A stretch of DNA of 64,000 bases from Pseudomonadota bacterium (GTDB taxonomy: Bacteria; Myxococcota_A; UBA796; CAJQPC01). The stretch covers positions 25,043-89,042 of the forward strand of contig JAAESX010000032.1 of NCBI GenBank assembly GCA_024228935.1, in the 5' to 3' direction. The translations under genes and the position numbers were made by a program. Of the stretch, positions 58,554 to 64,000 are shown piece after piece; within the stretch, counting starts at the first letter, position 1, and each line of letters begins with the position of its first letter. A model generated the notes under the pieces. The model had not been told where the DNA came from and made no database searches. It saw only the letters and a list, made by a program, of their open reading frames with translations.

Positions 58554-59363
58554 ATGCTGCTTCTCCTCCTGTCCTGTGGTCCGAAGAACCTCCCCGACGT
58601 CGACGTCGCCCCGACCACCGGCTGGCAGATGGAGGAGGGCTGGTTCGGGAGCTGCTTCGTCCCTCCTGAGTACGCGGCGATCGAGGACGCCGAGCTCCGC
58701 ACCAAGATGCAGAAGGACACCATCGGCGCGATGGCGCTGCAGTGGGCCGGAGCCCGCCGCGACGGCGTCAACTTCGACGTCGAGCTGGCCGAGGAGACCC
58801 GCGACTACCTCCTCGTCTACCCCGAGCGAGCCCAGGACATCGCCGCGCAGAACCTCGAGCACTGCCTGGGCGTGATGCGCGATGGGCTCACCACCAGCAC
58901 ATGGGGCGGCTGGCTCGTCGAGCTGCACGAGGACCTCGCTGACGAGGCCTGCCCCGAGCCGCTCGAAGACGTCTTCCACGCCCTCGACATCCGCACGGGC
59001 TGGCAGCTCGACGTCGACCTCTGTGCGGGCCAGGAGTACGTCGTCCGCGCTCCGGCCAGCGAGGTGTTCTTCCTCCAGAAGGACGGGCCCGAGGTCACCA
59101 TCGCCGGGCTCGCCGAGCCGCTCCCGCCCGAGGGAGCCTACTGTCGCGAGGTCGCTGGCTGCACCTGGGGCCAGCTCGTCGGTCGCTTCGAGACCGAGGA
59201 CGGCCAGGTCGAGGTCTTCCCCATCGGCGCCGAGAAGGTCCTGACCGCACCCGCCGCAGGCCGCCTGAGCGTGGCGGTGAACGACGACGATCACAGCGAC
59301 AACGCGTTCCAGATCGTGGACGGAGTCCAGGACGGTGTGACGGTCGAGGTTCGTCCTCGCTGA
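58554..59363 (+). CDS. hypothetical lipoprotein
   Basis: It has the leader MLLLLLSC. 269 aa with 6 further Cys and no recognised domain. It is divergent from the FG-GAP pair. Confidence 0.7.
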   Translation: MLLLLLSCGPKNLPDVDVAPTTGWQMEEGWFGSCFVPPEYAAIEDAELRTKMQKDTIGAMALQWAGARRDGVNFDVELAEETRDYLLVYPERAQDIAAQNLEHCLGVMRDGLTTSTWGGWLVELHEDLADEACPEPLEDVFHALDIRTGWQLDVDLCAGQEYVVRAPASEVFFLQKDGPEVTIAGLAEPLPPEGAYCREVAGCTWGQLVGRFETEDGQVEVFPIGAEKVLTAPAAGRLSVAVNDDDHSDNAFQIVDGVQDGVTVEVRPR

Positions 59364-59459
59364 CGGCGGGCACGTTTCCATGGTGTGCGATTTCACCCTT
59401 GCTCAGGCGGGGGGCTTCCATTACGGCTCAGGTCCCCTGATTCCCACCCGGAGCACCCC

Positions 59460-59879
59460 ATGTCGAGCCTCAAGGGCACCGAGACCCACGCCAACCTCAA
59501 GGCCGCCTTCGCCGGCGAGTCGCAGGCCAACCGTCGCTACCTCTGGATGGCGAAGAAGGCGGACATCGAGGGCTACCCCGAGATCGCCGGCAACTTCCGC
59601 GAGACCGCCGAGGGCGAGACCGGCCACGCGCACGGCCACCTCGACTACATCGCCAAGGTCGGGGACCCGGCGACGGGCCTCCCCGTCGGCGACACGGCCG
59701 ACAACCTGGCCGCCGCTGTCGCAGGCGAGACCCACGAGTACACCGACATGTACCCGGGCATGGCCGCCACCGCGCGCACCGAGGGCTTCGGCGAGATCGC
59801 AGACTGGTTCGAGACGCTCGCCAAGGCCGAGAAGAGCCACGCTGGCCGCTTCCAGGCGCTCCTGGACGACATCAGCTGA
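59460..59879 (+). CDS. rubrerythrin-family ferritin-like protein (no rubredoxin domain)
   Basis: From ATG 59460 it reads [29 protein letters not shown].., with [17 protein letters not shown] and [11 protein letters not shown], the di-iron E/ExxH ligand pattern of rubrerythrin/erythrin. Confidence 0.9.
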   Translation: MSSLKGTETHANLKAAFAGESQANRRYLWMAKKADIEGYPEIAGNFRETAEGETGHAHGHLDYIAKVGDPATGLPVGDTADNLAAAVAGETHEYTDMYPGMAATARTEGFGEIADWFETLAKAEKSHAGRFQALLDDIS

Positions 59880-59952
59880 GCCGGTCCCGCACCGACTCCG
59901 AGAGGGCGCTTCGGCGCCCTCTCTTGCTCTGACCCCTCCTCCTGGAGCTGCG

Positions 59953-61278
59953 GTGGCGAACATCTCCTACATGCCCAGCGACGGGCTCTCCTACGACCCC
60001 ACCGACGAGCTGTACTGGCAGCCCGAGGCGCTCGCCCAGGAGATCGAGCGGGTCTTCGAGGTCTGCCACGGCTGTCGCATGTGCTTCAAGTTCTGCGACA
60101 GCTTCAAGGACCTCTTCAAGTTCGTAGACATCCACGACGGCGACGTCCGGCTCGTCACCGAGGACCAGACCCAGAAGGTCATGGACGGCTGCTTCCAGTG
60201 CAAGCTGTGCGAGGTCGAGTGCCCGTACACGCCGTACGACAAGCACGACTTCCAGCTCGACTTCCCGAAGCTCGTCCACCGCCATGTGGCCCAGAAGCGC
60301 ATCGGGAACCCGCTCACGTTCGGCGAGCAGATGCTGGCGGACCCGGATCGCTCGGGAGCGCTCGCGCGCATGAGCCTCGGCTCGGTCAACACCATGAACA
60401 AGGTGACGTTCCACCGGATGTTCATGGAGAGGGTCATGGGGGTGCACCGCGACAAGCTGCTGCCCGACTTCGCGGCCGAGACGTTCACGGACTGGGCGGA
60501 AAAGAACGACAAGATCACGGGCGAGGGCGAGGCGGTCCTGTTCCAGACGTGCTTCGTCGAGAACAACGAGCCCCACATCGGCGAGGACGTCGTCGAGGTC
60601 ATGGAGCACAACCAGGTCGCGCTCACGTGTGAGAAGGGCCTGAACTGCTGCGGCATGCCGAACTGGGAGAAGGGCGACCTCGACGGCCTGCGCGAGAAGG
60701 CGCGGCGGAACCTGGACACGCTCGAGCCTCACCTGGACGCGGGTCGCAAGGTCCTCGTGGTGAACCCCACCTGCTCGATGATGATGCGGAGGGAGTACAC
60801 CGAGCTCCTCGAGGGCGAGGACCGTGTGCGGGCCGAGCGCCTGGCCGGTGCCGTCATGGACTGTGGCGAGTTCCTGTGGTCCATCCGCAAGGAAGAGCGA
60901 TTCAACACGGACTTCAAGTCCACGCCCGGCGATGCCGTCGCCTACCACGCGCCGTGTCACCTGCGCGCGCAGCGGGTCGGCTTCAAGGGCCGGGATCTGA
61001 TACGGAAGATCCCGGGTTGCAAGCCGAAGACCACGATGGAGTGCTGCGGCCACGACGGCACCTACGCCATGTCGACCAAGGGCTTCGAGCCGAGCAAGCG
61101 CATCGGCAAGAAGGCGTTCGACGGCATGAACGAAGCCGAGTCCGAGGTCTGGGCGACCGACTGTCCGCTCGCCGCCGTCCAGTTCCAGCAGCACGCCGGC
61201 GTCAAGCCGATGCACCCCATGAGCGTCCTGGCCGCCGCCTACCGGCCGGACGGATTCCCCACGAAGGTCGAAGAATGA
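59953..61278 (+). CDS. (Fe-S)-binding CCG-domain protein (heterodisulfide-reductase/GlpC-related)
   Basis: It has two ferredoxin-type clusters, [11 protein letters not shown] and [12 protein letters not shown], and two CCG domains (NCCGMP, ECCGHDG). The start is GTG 59953 ([16 protein letters not shown]) or ATG 59971. The upstream part of the track ORF overlaps the rubrerythrin gene off-frame. Confidence 0.85.
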   Translation: MANISYMPSDGLSYDPTDELYWQPEALAQEIERVFEVCHGCRMCFKFCDSFKDLFKFVDIHDGDVRLVTEDQTQKVMDGCFQCKLCEVECPYTPYDKHDFQLDFPKLVHRHVAQKRIGNPLTFGEQMLADPDRSGALARMSLGSVNTMNKVTFHRMFMERVMGVHRDKLLPDFAAETFTDWAEKNDKITGEGEAVLFQTCFVENNEPHIGEDVVEVMEHNQVALTCEKGLNCCGMPNWEKGDLDGLREKARRNLDTLEPHLDAGRKVLVVNPTCSMMMRREYTELLEGEDRVRAERLAGAVMDCGEFLWSIRKEERFNTDFKSTPGDAVAYHAPCHLRAQRVGFKGRDLIRKIPGCKPKTTMECCGHDGTYAMSTKGFEPSKRIGKKAFDGMNEAESEVWATDCPLAAVQFQQHAGVKPMHPMSVLAAAYRPDGFPTKVEE

Positions 61279-61835
61279 GAGCCGTTCAGCGTGACGAGAT
61301 CGTCGACTACCTGACCTACACGGACCGCCGCGAGGCCGCCCGTCCCGCCATCCTGGAGGCCAAGCGGCTTCGGCGGATCCTGGTCGGCCCCCTGTGTTTC
61401 CTGTTCGAGAACCGCGAGACGGTGACCTACCAGGTCCAGGAGATGATGCGGGTCGAGCGCATCGTGCGTGAGAAGGACATCCTGCACGAGCTGAAGACCT
61501 ACAACGAGTTGCTCGGAGGCCCCGGTCAGCTCGGCTGCTCGCTGCTCATCGGCCTGCCCGACGAGGCGACGCGGGACGTGAAGCTCCGCGCCTGGCTCGG
61601 CCTGCTGCTGACGCTCTACTGCGAGCTGCCCGACGGAACCCGGGTCCGCGCGACCTGGGACGAGCGGCAGGTCGGGACCGACCGGCTCTCCAGCGTGCAG
61701 TACCTGATGTGGGATCTCGGGGGCGTCTGCCCGGTCGCCATCGGGTGCGAGTTCGAGGACGACGTGCTCGTGCCACGGCTCGAGCTGAACGAAGAGCAGG
61801 TTGCGGCGCTGACGGCGGACCTGGCCGAGGCCTGA
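61275..61835 (+). CDS. DUF3501 family protein
   Basis: ATG 61275 overlaps the upstream TGA (ATGA). 186 aa, [50 protein letters not shown]... Its position after the rubrerythrin and Fe-S genes matches the conserved triad I recall for DUF3501. Confidence 0.75.
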   Translation: MRAVQRDEIVDYLTYTDRREAARPAILEAKRLRRILVGPLCFLFENRETVTYQVQEMMRVERIVREKDILHELKTYNELLGGPGQLGCSLLIGLPDEATRDVKLRAWLGLLLTLYCELPDGTRVRATWDERQVGTDRLSSVQYLMWDLGGVCPVAIGCEFEDDVLVPRLELNEEQVAALTADLAEA

Positions 61836-61848
61836 TCCCTTCAGCGAC

Positions 61849-63615
61849 TCACTTCTCCTCGCAGGCCCGCTTGGTGCCCGCGGCGGAGACACAGATCATC
61901 AGCGCGCGGTCGATGTTCTGCTCGCTCGCCTGGGCGTAGTCGAGCCACTCGCGGCTGTAGTCCTTGCTGATCCCGCGCCACTTCTGGGTCTGCAGGTCGT
62001 TCTCGTCCGTCGGGTCGGCGATGAGGTTCTGCTCGGCGTCCTTCCAGAGCTCGTTCGCGGCCTCGGCCCGCAGTCGGTACAGCCCGTACAGGCGCTTCTT
62101 GTAGGTGTCGCCGGACCAGTACTGCTTGTTCTCGAGCGCGTAGTCGGCGAAGCGGATGGCCTCCTCGCCCGAGCCCACGCCCTTCTTCTGCAGGTGCTGG
62201 GCGTACAGGAAGCACATGTCCGGGTCCGACCGGTCGATGTCCTCGAGGTGCCGCGCCATCAGGCGCTCCCACTCGTCCTTCTCACCCTTGCTGTCGGCGT
62301 CGGCCAGCAGCAGGCGCGAGAGCTTGTCCTGGGTGGTCTGCGACTCGCCGGTCATGCGCTCTTCGACGCAGGCGATGCGGCCCGGGCTGAAGACGCCCAT
62401 CAGCGCGTCCGGCTCCATCGCGATCAGGTCGTCGCAGGTGTCGTCCGACAGCTTGGGCCCGGTCTGGACCGGCTCGACCGTGGTGCCGGTGTCTCCCGTG
62501 TCGCCGGTGTCCGTGGCGTCGGCAACCGGGGCGCTCGGCTTGAGCGCGTCCGGGTTCTCCAGCAGGGCGCGGGCCTCGTCCACGGCTGGGACCGGAGGAA
62601 CCCACCGCAGCGTGATGGGCCTGTTCTGCCACTCGTCGACGAACGACTCGAGCAGCGCGGGCCCGCGTGAGTCTCCGCCCTCGATGAGGGCCATCGCATC
62701 CAGCATCGCCTCGACGGCCTGGGCCTCGTGGTCGATGATGGCCAGCTGCATGCGCCGGTCGCGGTCCTCGACGCTCAGCAGCGTGATCTGCTCGGCGGTG
62801 AGCGCATCGTCGCGTAGCTCGCCGATCGACAGGCCCCAGTTCCGCGGCCCGTTGCGCTGGTCCACGGTCGAGACCTGCTCGCGCCCCAGCCGGGGGGTGA
62901 TGTCCGCGACGTACTCCTGGGCCTCCCAGAGCTTCACGACGCCGTCGCCGTCCGTATCGGCCCAGCCCTGGAGCGCGCCCATGACGGCCCAGGTGAAGAG
63001 GCCGTGCTCGGCGGGGCCGAAGACCTCGGCCGAGCCGGCGCGGTCCGCCATCCAGACCACGACGTGGTCGTTGTCGCCGGACTCCCACTCGGTGTTCGAG
63101 AGGTCCTTGGCGATGACGCCTTCCTCGCGGTTGGTCCCGTCGAACGTGGCGTCGACGATGATGACGACCTTCTGGGCGCGCGAGCGGGCGGCCATGCTCT
63201 CGATGTCCGCGAGCGCCATGGCGCCGTCCAGGCCGTTCGGGGCGACGTCCGCCGGCAACAGCCGAACGACCCCGTCGTCTCCGATCCAGCCCTGACCCGA
63301 GTAGTAGATCCACAGCGTGCCGCGGTTGCGAGCGCGCGCGATGCCCCGCTTGAGCGCGGTGTCCATCTCCTGGGTGTCCGGGTTGTAGACCGTGAACATC
63401 CGGCGCGTCGAGGGCCCTCGGACCTTCGTCAGCCATCTCTCCATCGCCTCGGCGTCGGCGATCGCGTACGGCGTCGCGTCCAGGTTCTCGTAGTGTTCGA
63501 CCCCGATGACCACCATCGCGTCGCGCCAGGAGCGCTTCCCGCTGGGGGTCGGGTCATCGACGGAGGGGGGCTCGGCTCCAAGAGCCGCACCGAACAACAG
63601 CGAGGAGAGCAGCAC
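61849..63615 (-). CDS. secreted caspase-like (C14 fold) domain protein lacking the catalytic His/Cys, with a helical Cys-containing C-terminal domain
   Basis: It has the signal MLLSSLLFGAALGA. MVVIGVEHYENL..., LWIYYSGQGW and KVVIIVDATFDG align to the caspase/metacaspase pattern (..fSGHG.. and ..DaC.SG..), but with Q108 and T157 in the catalytic positions. Confidence 0.75.
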   Translation of the reverse strand: MLLSSLLFGAALGAEPPSVDDPTPSGKRSWRDAMVVIGVEHYENLDATPYAIADAEAMERWLTKVRGPSTRRMFTVYNPDTQEMDTALKRGIARARNRGTLWIYYSGQGWIGDDGVVRLLPADVAPNGLDGAMALADIESMAARSRAQKVVIIVDATFDGTNREEGVIAKDLSNTEWESGDNDHVVVWMADRAGSAEVFGPAEHGLFTWAVMGALQGWADTDGDGVVKLWEAQEYVADITPRLGREQVSTVDQRNGPRNWGLSIGELRDDALTAEQITLLSVEDRDRRMQLAIIDHEAQAVEAMLDAMALIEGGDSRGPALLESFVDEWQNRPITLRWVPPVPAVDEARALLENPDALKPSAPVADATDTGDTGDTGTTVEPVQTGPKLSDDTCDDLIAMEPDALMGVFSPGRIACVEERMTGESQTTQDKLSRLLLADADSKGEKDEWERLMARHLEDIDRSDPDMCFLYAQHLQKKGVGSGEEAIRFADYALENKQYWSGDTYKKRLYGLYRLRAEAANELWKDAEQNLIADPTDENDLQTQKWRGISKDYSREWLDYAQASEQNIDRALMICVSAAGTKRACEEK

Positions 63616-63654
63616 GTTCCGTCCAGGGAAGGACGCGATGTTAGCAAGTTGTCC

Positions 63655-64000
63655 ATGTCAGGCCCCATCGACCCGCCGGAGCCGACGCCTCGGCGCCGCG
63701 TGGCCGAACCCTTGCCGCCCTACCGGTACGTGCCCGGCTGGAATCCCCATCCGTTCCGCCACGTGGGCGGCCACATGTACACGGACGGGTCCGCTCCGGC
63801 CGAAGCGCCATGGGACCCCGATGGCGCCTGGCAGCGTGACGAGAGGTGGCTCTACGGGCTGGATCTGCTCGACCAGCGGTACTGGTGGGAGGCCCACGAG
63901 GCGCTCGAGGCGCTCTGGCACCACGCACCCCCGGGGGCCGTGCGGGATCTGCTCCAGGGGCTCATCCAGACCGCGGCGCATCGGCTGAAGCGGCACATGG
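63655..64000 (+). CDS. DUF309 domain protein, N-terminal part (runs off the right edge)
   Basis: This frame is not in the ORF track because it is open to the window end. From ATG 63655 it reads MSGPIDPPEPTPRRRVAEPLPPYRYVPGWNPHPFRH...WLYGLDLLDQRYWWEAHEALEALWHH..RDLLQGLIQTAAHRLK, the Y-WEAHE-LE-LW pattern of DUF309. Confidence 0.65.
   Translation, partial: MSGPIDPPEPTPRRRVAEPLPPYRYVPGWNPHPFRHVGGHMYTDGSAPAEAPWDPDGAWQRDERWLYGLDLLDQRYWWEAHEALEALWHHAPPGAVRDLLQGLIQTAAHRLKRHM

Noticed and set aside
59460-61835. Rubrerythrin / Fe-S CCG protein / DUF3501 operon as a novel system.
   Set aside because: As far as I recall, this three-gene arrangement is a widely conserved, already catalogued (though functionally uncharacterised) redox cluster. 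Nothing is unusual in the sequence here.

Overview
High-GC (about 70%), gene-dense bacterial chromosome segment. The content points to a myxobacterium of the Nannocystineae type (inference): two MYXO-CTERM-like sorting tails, many Cys/Asp-rich MopE-type modules, FHA-containing sigma-54 activators, and DUF1800/DUF1501 and TIGR02147-type genes. I support about 55 protein-coding genes and saw no rRNA, tRNA, CRISPR array, transposase or integrase. Many long Arg/Pro/Gly-rich ORFs in the track are antisense or off-frame shadows of real genes and were discarded. Real starts were chosen by frame-checked counting against the ORF track, and many are 4-nt ATGA/GTGA start/stop overlaps. About half the products are secreted or lipoproteins. 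Recognisable housekeeping includes PBP1C, a penicillin-acylase-family hydrolase, an MBL-type alkyl sulfatase, a glutamate-synthase-related FMN protein, a rubrerythrin/Fe-S/DUF3501 triad, and APH/DUF6285. The loci most worth follow-up are listed here. (1) A four-gene minus-strand operon (52717 to 48778) couples a radical SAM/SPASM enzyme to a zinc-ribbon/TM protein and a C-type-lectin lipoprotein built from Cys/Asp-rich MopE-type modules. (2) A Septu-like two-gene islet (43232-46146) has an HNH-ATPase fusion broken by exactly two in-frame stop codons, and its HNH partner carries a 9-bp in-frame microsatellite. (3) At least 12 lipoproteins have leaders of only 6-10 residues and no charged n-region. 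(4) A consensus sigma-54 promoter lies at 35882-35896. (5) There is a TatT-like TPR protein plus GltS-like transporter pair, and a DUF455/ATP-grasp fusion. Coordinates of hairpins and repeats were counted by hand and may be off by 1-2 nt. Family names come from motif recognition, not database searches.
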